A stretch of DNA of 64,000 nt, taken from Adineta vaga (taxonomy: Eukaryota; Animalia; Rotifera). Under the pieces are notes generated by a model. The model made no database searches. It saw nothing but the letters and a program-made list of their open reading frames with translations, and was not told the origin of the DNA. The position numbers and the translations under genes are program-made. The stretch lies in the NCBI GenBank assembly GCA_021613535.1, contig CP075494.1, positions 13,702,001-13,766,000 on the forward strand, written 5' to 3'. This document shows positions 14,648 to 26,431 of the stretch, piece by piece; position 1 is the stretch's first letter, and every line of letters starts with the position of its first letter.

Positions 14648-15345
14648 TTATAAAAATTTGCCAATCAATAAGGCAAATAAACATCCTGATACAAAGAGAA
14701 GTAAGAAGAATGAAGCTTGACAATAGTCAATCGGATTTTGAACAGATTGAGGCGTCGATGCATACGGTTGTTGTCTAATGATAGCAGGTATTTCACGAGG
14801 AGCTTGAAGTGCCATTGGTGCTAAATTTCGATCAACTTCGGTAAAAATCTTCTGTGTATCAAGAACTGCCTTGTAGTTATTGCTAGAAAATATTTATCAG
14901 CAAAAATGAATTTTCTCTGCATACGACGCCAATTTGTTATTAAATTATTGATATCCATAGATGAACTTAAGATTTGATAGGCCGATTGAGATTTACCGGC
15001 CAAGTCGAGTTTCATTTCAGTAATACGAAATTGAAAACTTTGAAATATACTTGTTGGAATGATATATTGTCGAAACTCGAGAAATTCCATTAGTATCATT
15101 GATTCGAGCACTTGTTTCTCGTTGCCGTGATAAATCCGAATACAAAGATGCTCAACATGCACAGGCGAACCACTATGATCCGATTGTCCTTTCTCACTAA
15201 AACATTTTAATGAAGGTAATACGTATCTCAAACCTAGATATTTTGTACAACTTCGTGGCCCTTCATCTTCTGCCCGTGAGTTACTATTACCGTCATTCCG
15301 CATTACTGCTACAGGCAAAAAATCACCAATATGAGCCTTTTCCAT
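14648..15345 (-). other. Possible small gene or decayed gene; last exon (14882-14648) encodes a C-terminal transmembrane tail
   Basis: After a CTAG acceptor there is a 78-codon frame NNYKAVLDTQ...DYCQASFFLLLFVSGCLFALLIGKFL*. Upstream exon phases could not be reconciled. Confidence 0.3.
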
Positions 15346-16259
15346 TGAATTGTTTTGTGATTGAAGGTATAATAAGAATTTCTTGGAAGATGATAATAAA
15401 CTTCAGGAATTATGAAAGGTAAATATTTGTATTACTATCAAATGTTTTGAATTATAGAATTATACATTCGGTCAATTATTAACTGGTGATTTAGAAAAAG
15501 AATGAATCATTGTTTTACAAAAACTAATTGCTGAAAAACATCAACAACGTCGAAAAAAGATAATAAGTCAAATAATTTATAATACCAAGATCATTGAAAT
15601 TTTCATAACTTATCATCTATTTTCAGTTTTTTTTGTTAAACATCATACATAAATAGAAATTAATCTTGAAAACATTATGATCCACGAATTCTCTTCTTAA
15701 TTATATCATAACAGATGATACCGAAAGACAGTATAATAAATTCAAAGTGATTTTCCGATAATTTTGATTGGGCTTTTTCTTCTGCACAAAAACTTAATCG
15801 AAGATTCAAAGCAATTCCGTCACATCAAAATAGTTACACAATGAAATAAAGTATTAGATTAGAAGATACGATGCATTCAAGCATCGAGTAGAAATATTAC
15901 AATGATTTTGTCCCTAAGGAAACAATACCGACTATTACATACGAATGATTCGGTACATTTTTAGCTCAAAACAATGTATTCTATTAAAAAAAGTATTAGT
16001 TATTATTAATCTACAGAGAATTTGATCTATTCTACCATGAAATATTTCCTTCATTTGTTCTTTCTTTCCTTTATTAGATCTTTCGCCTATTCTTCTATCT
16101 CATTTAAAATCATGACTATCAAACATGACATTTTTTTCTATTCTCTTCAACGAATGTCATTATTGCTCAAAATAAGTCGCACTGATAGGATTCATTAGCC
16201 AAAATGTCTTTAAAGATACATTCATCGACTAAATTATTCCTTTTATCGTACTTACAACA

Positions 16260-17261
16260 ATGACTTCATATTCTCATCATTATAAATTTATACCATTACT
16301 AGTGATTGTATGCAGTCTTGGAATCTATGTATTTTATAATTCATATATTTCTCAATCATCTACGAATCATGATAAACAAATATCCTTGAAATCGTCTTCC
16401 AAATCAATAAAAGAAGCATTTGTTACATTTTGTAATAATAATCCTGCTTATATTGCTCTATTAAAGAATGTTCTCGATTCCGTTCATTTATTTTCCACTC
16501 GACCAATAATCATCTATGGAATTGATATGGACTTGAATATTGATTCTCAAAAATATCCACGTTTAGTTCGACGACGTTTAAAACAACGTGATTGTGGTCG
16601 ATCAATTTATTTTTGTAAATTAGCTGCAATTGTAGATAGTCAAGTTGAGTACGGAATCTATATAGAAACTGATACATTAGTTAATTGGAATGTAGATATA
16701 CTTTTTGATTTATTACATCGATGGCCATATTCATTACCATTAGCACCTCGTCATCCTGATGACCCAAAGAATTATCTAAGATATTTAGAAGAATTCGGAC
16801 TTGATCTTTCCAATCGTACAACACCGTATATACATGCACATATATTATGGACAATTCGTTCGTATCCATTTCTTCAACAAGCTCTTGATTATATGCAAAG
16901 AGGATATTTTCTTGGTGATAATTATGATGAAACCGGCATGAATGTTCTTCTATGGAAAGCAAAAGCAAATCATACTCTATGTAAATTAGATCCTTTCTTT
17001 ACCTTTTTACCAGCTTATGAATTGAACGAACAGAAATGTATGAAATTCTGTCATACAGCGTACATTTTAGTACATGGAAATAAAAATTCTATTGAAATGA
17101 ATGATTTATTCAAACGATTGAAAAAACATAGTGGATCTCCATTTATTCAAACGATGAACAATGGATTTCATTATTTAAATGAAACAAAATATACATGTTG
17201 TTATCCAGACAGTCGACCATCTCCGATTCATCCACTACTTTGTGAACATACTAGCTCATGA
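16260..17261 (+). CDS. Intronless type II membrane glycosyltransferase-like protein (GT-A fold); HGT candidate
   Basis: N-terminal TM (FIPLLVIVCSLGIYVFY); AFVTF..N, YFCK, GIYIETDTLV (DxD position reads ETD), NYDETGMNVLLW, HGNK. 1 kb with no intron. Confidence 0.7.
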   Translation: MTSYSHHYKFIPLLVIVCSLGIYVFYNSYISQSSTNHDKQISLKSSSKSIKEAFVTFCNNNPAYIALLKNVLDSVHLFSTRPIIIYGIDMDLNIDSQKYPRLVRRRLKQRDCGRSIYFCKLAAIVDSQVEYGIYIETDTLVNWNVDILFDLLHRWPYSLPLAPRHPDDPKNYLRYLEEFGLDLSNRTTPYIHAHILWTIRSYPFLQQALDYMQRGYFLGDNYDETGMNVLLWKAKANHTLCKLDPFFTFLPAYELNEQKCMKFCHTAYILVHGNKNSIEMNDLFKRLKKHSGSPFIQTMNNGFHYLNETKYTCCYPDSRPSPIHPLLCEHTSS

Positions 17262-17413
17262 TAAAAAGCGTTGTTAAAGAACTGAAATAAACTAGTCAAA
17301 AATTTTGCATTATTTGCAATTTTATTTTATTAAAGTTCTTGTTAAACAACACACACACACACACATAGACATTCACGCTTACAACAAAATTTTCTTTCTA
17401 AGTTCAAATTGTT

Positions 17414-20400
17414 TTATTTTCTTTTCAACATCGCTATGAAATCGTCGTCATTGTCACTATCTGACTTATGTGTCGACGGTGGATTTCGTGTTGCTGCTGA
17501 TGAACGTGCTTCATTTGTAAATAATTGTGAAAATGGACTTTTCGCTTGTGTACCAGTTCTTGGTGTTATTGGTCGACTACTTTCAATACCATCATTGGCT
17601 ACATTTGTAATACGTTCAATTTCACTATCTGGTCCATCATCATCATCGTCTTCACTTAATATTAATGAATCTTTCATAATTGTTGGTGATGGTGTGATTT
17701 CAGTGACAGCACTTGATTTTGGTGATGGTTGTTCAATGGCTAATCGTCGATAGAGTGGTGCTGGTGCTGGTGGTGGTTTTGTAGTTGGATTTTGTTGACG
17801 TTGATCATCTAATGTTAATAATGGTGGACCAAATGGATCAGCAGCATGAGGAAATGATGATAGTGTTGAATTAACACGAATATCTGTTGCTTGATCACCA
17901 AATTTATTACGTGTACGTGCCCAATCAGCTTTCATATCAACTTCACGTCTCCGTTCCGATGGAGGAATATAAGTTCGCGTGGTAGAAACACAAACTAATT
18001 GATCACGAGTTAACTGATCAAATCGTTCAATCTACAGATAGAACAAAATTGAAAATGATTAATTATGAAACCATAATACTTACAATACGTCCATTCTCAT
18101 CGAATAATGCTTGAATTGGTTGCATTAAATTCCATTTTTGCTTCGCATTTTCCATCAATTCTTGAAGATTACTACCAAAACATTGAACAGCTGTTTCTTT
18201 TGTTTCGCCATTCAAATAAGTCAAAATACGTATCTAAAGACAGATTAAAACGAAAACTTTGCCATTATTATTAATAGAAAAAACTACCATTTTTGTATGT
18301 TGAGAAAGTCGATCTGTTGCAGCAGATGAAATAGGTCGTGTAAATTCCGGTTGTTGTGATGTTATAAGTGCATCTAATGATGTCTGTAATTAAATCAAAT
18401 AGTTAATTAAAAGATTTTATTAAGATAAAAATCTAATCTTACTTGAATTTGCTCTACATTATCTTGCTTATCAAGTTCTGCATCTGATCGTTGTGTCCAA
18501 TGTCCTTGTTTCACAACAGGTAGATCAGGATTTTGTTGACTGACAAGTTCACCTGTCGATTGACCCGAAATACGACGTCCTAAATTAATCTTGTAATAGA
18601 AATCTAGATCTATATTAATGGATGTCAAACCTTTCATCAGACGTAAGGCGTGTTTTTCACGTTCTAATTCATAAACAACAGGTGTTCGTTCTTCACGTTG
18701 AAAAACACGTTGATTTTGTCGTTGATCAACATCTATAATTGAAGAGTTTTTACTAGAAAAAGATCGAACTCTTTTTTTGGAACAAACCAGATGGATTAAC
18801 AAATCCTTCACCCGATGAAACCCAGACTTCAATCGGAAATTTCAATAGATAATTCATGTCAATATCGAGACCTCGTGTAGCTGCATTTTGTTTTATTGCT
18901 CGTTTTAAATCTGAAGATTTTGGTACACCTTGAAAATGTTGTTTTGTTGGACTTATATCCCGTATTTTAGAGGAAAATGTCGTTTTTTCTGATTGATTAT
19001 CAACACTGGCTCGTCGTTGCGATTCAGGATCTGTAAAAGAAATCAATATCAAATCAGGAAAAAGATAGAAAAGAGTTATATCATTTACTTTTCGGTGGTA
19101 CAGGTGTATTTAGATCAACTTTGTCAAGAAGTTGTGTTTCTAAAATTGAATGTCAAATTTTGTACTGAAATAATAGTAAAAGAAAAAACAAGGATTTACG
19201 TGGTTGTTTGGATATTTTAAGAAAACGATTTTTATAATATTCCGTAACCCAATCAATTAGATCTTCAATACTTAAGATGACTGTACCATCAACAACATAA
19301 AATCGTCGAGCAGCATTTGTTAAACTCAATCGATGTGTCGCTTGATCGAGTAACTAAATACAAAAATCAATTTTCTTTTTCATGATCATCAACTTACAAC
19401 GATTGATACTTACACCGATAATACTTGAACCAACAAGAACTTTTCCTTGTTTCGTATGTCCGTCTCCATTACGATAGGCAAGTATATGAACAACTTGAAT
19501 TGGCTTTGCAGCTGCTAATTCTTTGGCAATATTTCGGACACTAGCTTCTTGTCGTAATCTTCAAAAGAAAGAGAAAATGAAAATTCTCTTGCATTTAAAG
19601 TTGAAACTAAAGATTCGTACTGTTCAAGTTGTTCTTGGCGTTGAAAGAGTGTATTTTCTGCTTCGTCACGTGTTAAATCAACTTTATGATTGAGACAATG
19701 AAATGGACCATGAAATTTCAAATCCATTCCTAAACAAAGCCAATTAAAACTCGACATAAATAGAAAACAAATAATAACTTTACTTTTTCCAATAGCGCAT
19801 GTAAACTTTTTCTCGGGCTCAACTTTAACCAAACGATATTTTCCACGCATGGCTTGTGCACACGCAAGACATACAGGTACATCTTCTGATTGATCATTTG
19901 TATTCAATATTGAAACAACAAAACCCTAGAGAAATAAAAATCAATATTTTTTCAAGAATTCGTTCAATAATTGATACTCACTGGCTGTGATAAGGCTTCA
20001 TAATTCACAGTATATGAACAGATATTTGCTCGATTAGCAGCGGTTATTTCTAATAGAAGTTTGATTTGAATAATAGGAGATACAAATATAAAACTTTACC
20101 TTTGTCAGTTGCCGTGGCATTGAAAGGAAAAAGAAGTCCAAGTATTTCATCATATGCCCATTTTTGATTGGCACAACCGTTTTCTTCATAACGTCTCGGT
20201 TGTAATGTAATCGAACAACCAATACAAGAAATATTCACTTCACTTGATTCATTTCCCGTACATGAAGGAAGTAAGACCGTTAGAATCATCGTTGGTCGAG
20301 CTTTTGAAGCAATTAAACTAGTATAAATAAAACAATTCATTAGTGGTTTTGTTTCATGAGAAAATCGTATTTACAATGGTTTAGTAAAATCTATATCCGA

Positions 20401-23400
20401 TGGATTTTGATCGTCGTCACTTGATGGAAGTAGAACCCATCGTTGAAATATATCATCAGGATTTCGACGTTTTAATATAACATCCACCACTTTATTTTCA
20501 ATTTCTTTAACACCAAAAACGAGATTAACATCGTCCATACATGAAATATAACCACCCGATGAATCCCAACGAAATTTTTGCATAGACAATAAAACTGATT
20601 TTGGTAATTTTCGAACCGATCTCGATAAATCTAATCTGAAAAAACGAGAAGAAATGATAGAATGATTATTCAAGGAACAGTAAGGGAAAAAACCTTACTG
20701 ATCGCCTGTTCGTATAAATGATTCATCCATATTTTGATCAATTGAATTTAACATCACAACATCATCATCATCTGTATCCAAATTTAAACTCTTATTAGCA
20801 ATTTTTTCCCATGGCCAACGAAATTTCTCTTTCGCTTTTTCATCAAGATGTCTATGAGCACGTTCATGTGCTGTCCTATTAAAAGAACAGATCATTCAAT
20901 AATAATTCTATTTTAGATTACAAAACATATCAATCACATTATACACACACACACGGTATCAAACAAATAAATACATACTCATCGCTAAAATTGAAGAAAA
21001 CAAAGATAGAATCATGCAAGAAGATAACAAAACCAGGAGTGCTTCTATGTAAGGAGAGAAATCTTACCTCGGTTCAGCATCAGTTGGTGCAGCTTCAACA
21101 GGATCTTCGTTATCAATGACATGTGTAATTGATTCACCTTGTTTAACACGATCACGTTGCTTGGTAGTTAAGACACATTTATTCAAAACTAATCGAGAAT
21201 TTTCACTCAAACCAATTTCCGTTGACACAACATATTCTATAGAATGACAATTTTTCTCGAAGTTCAAAAACTAACAAGTATGCTTTACCTGTTGGATTTC
21301 TCAAAGCACAATAGAAATAAATCATTCGAACATCGTTACTCAAATAAGCTAATAATAAACGACGTTGTTGTTCAGCTTTAGTTAATTCAGGATCAATCCA
21401 TTGTTCTCCACATGTAACATATACGAATGAATCTCGTCGAATCGATGTTAAATCGAATATTTCTGTACCATGTTCATCAAATAAACGACGACCAGCAAAA
21501 GGAAGATTACAAAGTGTTGTACAATTCTCTAAGAACTAATGAAAATAAACAACGTTTTCTTTTTGTTCGAAAAGAAAGATTTTGAGAACGTACTAGTTTA
21601 ATTTCACGTTGACGAGCATCAGCCATACGTTTGATTTGTCGATGTGCACGTTGTTCTTTTTCAGGTTCAGGGATACGTAAACGTCGATACATACTAGCCG
21701 AAGATTTTGGTTCCAAAATAAGCTATACAAGCAAAGAATAAGGAATATAAAAAGTTAATAGAAATTGTTTACATTTGAAATATCAGGACCAACAACGTAT
21801 ACTGATTTGCTTGTGTCACGTTCTCCATTCTTCAGAACTTGTAAACGGATTGGAACAACTACAATGAAAACAAACAATGATATAAGTAGATTCTTTCGTA
21901 GACAACTATGCTATATATATATACAAGTTTCTGGTGCTTGAGAACATTTGAGCGATTTAATTGGTGGAACACCTGGAATAAAACAACCTTCAATCGGCCA
22001 TTGTAAATCCTAAAAAAGAGGAAAGTTTATCAATGAACATATTCATGGAATATATATATATATATATTTATTTATTTACCGGTATCATTGTTCCATTAGC
22101 ATCTACTGGCCATGTTAAAGCCATTTTATGCCAAACAGGATTTTCAACTTTGGAATGTTTCCAATCACCAATTGTAAACCCTGATGTTTGTCGAATACCC
22201 CAACTAATTAAAGGCATATAATTTCGAAATCTATTTTATCCTTGAAACAAAGAATCTTACCGTTGTCGATGAATAAATGGTGAATCTGCAGAACATTTTG
22301 TGCAAACAGCAACAAATGAAACAAATGAATCGCCTTCAGGCATTCGTTGTCCATCCGCAATAAAACTTTCCTCTTCGCCCGGAATAATGGTTGCTAAACT
22401 TGTTAATGCCAATTGTCGACATGCTTTAGAAACAATATAACCATCAGGAGTAAATTCCCATATTTGATTATCTGATGTTTTATCAACTCTATGCCGTAAT
22501 TGAACTCGATAACCGTTGAGTTCTTGTGTTCCATTTTGTTTTTTTGATAATTTACTCGGCTTCCATGTAATATCTTGTTCAGGTGTAACTGTTAATACCA
22601 AAGAATTAATTTGTTTATTGTATATATAACCATCCTATGAGAGTACAATCAATTGTATATGTAACTTAGAAAAGTTTAACTTACTTTATCATAATACCAT
22701 GTTTGTAAATCAGCATCCGAAAAGATTTTCTTTGATGGTCTTCCACTTCCTGATTTTTGTTTTCCACCTGGTGGTTTTTGTTTGCCGAGTGATGCTGTAA
22801 GTTGATTAATTTTCAATTCGGGATAAATTAATTTTTTATTTTTAGTTAGAAATGTTACATGTTCATTAACATATTCATCAATAGGTTTAGCATCGATAAC
22901 TTGTTTTTCTTCATCATTTAAATCGGTGTCATATTTTGTCGATTTGACATCATCAGGAATTTTATCTGTTACTTCCCAAGCTGCAGCAATTTGTCTACAA
23001 ATAAACGATAGATTTATTTTAGCGTAACTCAAAAAACGTAAAAGATATGTTGTGTTTTTCACCTTGCTGTTCTCTTTTCATTGTCTCCCATCATATCATC
23101 TTCTGTTCGAAACACTTTTAATAATGTGAACTCGTTGTCCTTTTTGTAAACTTCGACACTATGTAATTGAATCGCTAAACATGGTTCTGAAATGAAAAAC
23201 AACATCTTCTATCAAAGTCTAATCTGGAATATATGTGGAAAAAAAATCATACCAAATGCTGGTCGATAATCTTCACCATAGGATATAAATAAATCTTGAT
23301 CGAATTTTAAATGTCCAAGTAGTTTCAATTCAACTCCATTGATATCAAATACTCGTTTTGGTCGTTGTCGGGCAAATATTCCAAGAGAAGTTTGTAAATA

Positions 23401-25733
23401 ATCAAGTAAATATTCAATGGGTGTTTGTGGAACAGTTTTTGATGGTAAACTACGAAGATTTAGATAGATTTTTGGATCTGATTTGTGATATGAACCATTT
23501 TCATGAATCTAGATGAGAGAGAAAGTCGACCTTTTACTTATAAGTATAGAAACAAAAATGATATTTACAAATAAAGGAATAGGATGTCGACCAACAATTT
23601 TATCTTTAAAGTTCACTTCTTTGATATGTTCAATTCCAAACTTCGCTCCTAAACTCTAAAATGCAGGATAAAGAAATTTAGTATAAAGTAATAAGTATGT
23701 CAATTACTTCTTCATCATTCTTCATATCTTCGATCTCTTGCATCTTGGTTCGATAAAATACCATTAAATTTGTCATATCTTTAATTTTACTCTCTAATGC
23801 CTAAATGAAAAATAAAGTTTTCATTCAATTTTGATTTTTGTTTATTTTTTCTTACTTCTTTTAATTCTCGAAGTTCTTTTTTCTTCATTGATAATAGACT
23901 TTTATCTTTCACAGTTGATGTATCATTATCATTTTCATCTTCTCTGTCGGTTGCTTCCGTTGTTGATATATGTTCATCATCGCCTGTATCATTTTGTTCG
24001 TTACCAATCATTGTTCTTCGTTGACATTTTCTCATTACAATCTTTATTTCTCGATATTCTTTTTTGAATATTCTCCATTGAGTTTGACATTCTTTATAAC
24101 GTGATTCCAGAAATATATAAGCACCTGTGGGACGAAATCTTTCTCCCTTACTAAGCCAAACTGGTCCATAGATAATACTACCATTAGCAGTTTGCATTTT
24201 ACAATCATCCGATTCTAAAACTAAAATTTTCAAGTGTAAAGAAAGAAAGAAACATGATTATGATTAAGACAATACTTACAAAGTTTAAGTGAGTTAATAA
24301 TATCACCACGATAAGTAAATGCTTTTCGTGCATGTGCAGTTAATTGTAATCGTTGTGTAGAATAATCAAGAAACTAAACGAGAAAATAATAAGTTATGAT
24401 TTAAGTAGATAAATAATAGGTAACCTTTTCCAGATTGTTTTTGACAAGAGAATCAATTAATATATGATAGGCTTCTGTATCATGACCAACACCATTCTCG
24501 AGAATCATTAAATTCACACTGGTTTTAATTTGTTTTCTAAAATAAACAGAAAAGTTCATGAGTGATTATTTAATCATCAGACAATTTTCGATTTTATAGA
24601 GAAGAAGGAAAGACACGTACTCTAAACGTTTTGAGATAGCTACTGTTGTTGTAAATGCTTTTGGTTTAGTACTATCCGTTTGTAAACCTTTCATAGTCCA
24701 TGTTGAATTGAGACTATATTCCGTTTGAACTAAATTCAAAAGATTGTAATTTAAGTATGTTTACTTCACTTCTTACTTTTAATGGATCGATATGGATCTT
24801 TGAAATTTTCTCCACTAGAAACAAAATATTCTTGATTTGATTGTACATCTTCACTACGGTATATTTCCTGTCCATTAGTGTCAAATAAACGACGAGCAGC
24901 CGATGACATATGAAGTTTATCGGTTGCATATTGAAAAATCTATTTTTTTTCATTACTAAAGAATAATCAAATTTTTCAAACAAACTCACTGCATTTAATG
25001 AAGTTGCTTTACAGTAACAACATTTCTCATGATCTCCATTACGATAGATTGTAATAACAAATGAATGACCTTTTGCATTTGATCGCTGTGTCGATGGTCG
25101 TGGACGTTTTTTCGTTGCCGATGATGTATTACTAGAATTTATATATATATATATATATAAATAATGTGTTTTTCTTTCTCGATCAAGAAAATTTTCAAAT
25201 CAAAACATACGGTCGTATAGGAGCACTTGTAGGACGACGAGATAAACGATTATTCTGTCCAAAGAATGAACTTAAATCGAGATGATCAACATTAGATGGT
25301 TGATACGTAGTATCTAGTAATTCATCTCGTGTTCGTGCCATAGAGGTAGATCGACGGCGACGTTGTTGTCGTCGTTGTTGCGCTGATAATGTCGATGGAG
25401 GAAGAACAGTTTGAATATAATTTGAATGAGGTAATTTTTGTAAATAAGGTGATATAGTTTGTTTTGTGGTAGCTGATGTCGATCGTGCTGGTATACCATT
25501 TTGATCGGTTTGTTGATGATGAGTTCCATCTCTGAAAGGAGAAAATTAGAACATATTTAAGAGATTCTATATTGTTACCTTGGCTGTGATTTATGAGCTG
25601 GTGTCATTTGATCGAGATATTCTCTACAAAGCACATCATCATTAGTTGTGCCATAATATTGATCTTGATCATCAGTCGAAAGGGAATGGTGCACTGAATG
25701 TGAAGGTGGTCTAACAGAGACAGACGTTGCCAT
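17414..25733 (-). CDS. DCDC1: Doublecortin domain-containing protein 1-like (multiple DCX domains plus ricin-B-like segments); many exons
   Basis: Repeated DCX-type segments (ITIYRNGD, AARRLFDT, LQVLKNGE, FAGRRLFDEHG, LAYRNGDG, AARRFYVVDG, LTYLNGE) and QxW motifs (QTWYY, NQIWEF, QRWGI, QRWVL, QKWAY). Confidence 0.8.
20979..20984 (-). other. Candidate 6-nt micro-exon (CGATGA) in DCDC1
   Basis: Minus strand reads polypyrimidine-TTTTAG|CGATGA|GTATGT inside a 192-nt phase-2 intron, and inclusion keeps the frame. Confidence 0.6.
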
Positions 25734-25822
25734 ATTGACAATTCTTCCGAATGTTTTTTGTTTCAGATGAATGACAGAGAAGGCATAGTCAAAATTTTAG
25801 TTATGACATTTCCTCCATCATT

Positions 25823-25836
25823 GTTCACCTAGCGAC
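25823..25836 (-). promoter_or_regulatory. RFX X-box-like motif (GTCGCTAGGTGAAC) ~90 bp upstream of DCDC1
   Basis: Fits the GTNRCC-N(0-3)-RGYAAC-type consensus. A second X-box-like GTTTCCTTGGTATC lies at 25975-25988. Confidence 0.55.
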
Positions 25837-26431
25837 TTGCATGTTGCTATAATATTTATCATACAGTGACCTCTATTCCGCAGAAGACTCTTTTGTCAGG
25901 CATCTGTTGAATATTAATTACTCGTTACTACTACTAGAATGTTAGGAGAAGACTTTAAATGACTGAAACATAACGTTTCCTTGGTATCTGTCTCTTTGAA
26001 TAAAATAAACTAGCAGAACTTGTAATATTACACTTGTGAATTGATTACATTTCTAATTAACATATTCATACAAAAATGTTTGATATGTTCCAAACAAAAT
26101 ATTTCTTCTATAATTTATCTCTTTGCTAAGAAAAAACTTTACTTTCTTAACTAATAGTCTATTAAAATAACATCAACAAACAAACACTATAGAAGAACAG
26201 AAAACATACAAGCCTTCAATATACATATATATATATAATTCGTTTTCATCCGTTATAATAATGGCATCTATCGTTTTCAATAAAAACTTTTTAGTACTAA
26301 TAATTTATTAAAATAACAACATTAAACTCGCACATAAACGCATCCGTCAAAGAGTGTTTTAATACACAAGAGAGAGAGAGAGAGAGAGAGAAAGAAAAGA
26401 TTTGGCAAAATATTTATAAATAATGAATACA

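Noticed and set aside
17409-17753. Antisense ORFs over real exons (also 4810-5118, 16681-16968, 31344-31670 and others)
   Set aside because: Shadow frames of the coding strand.
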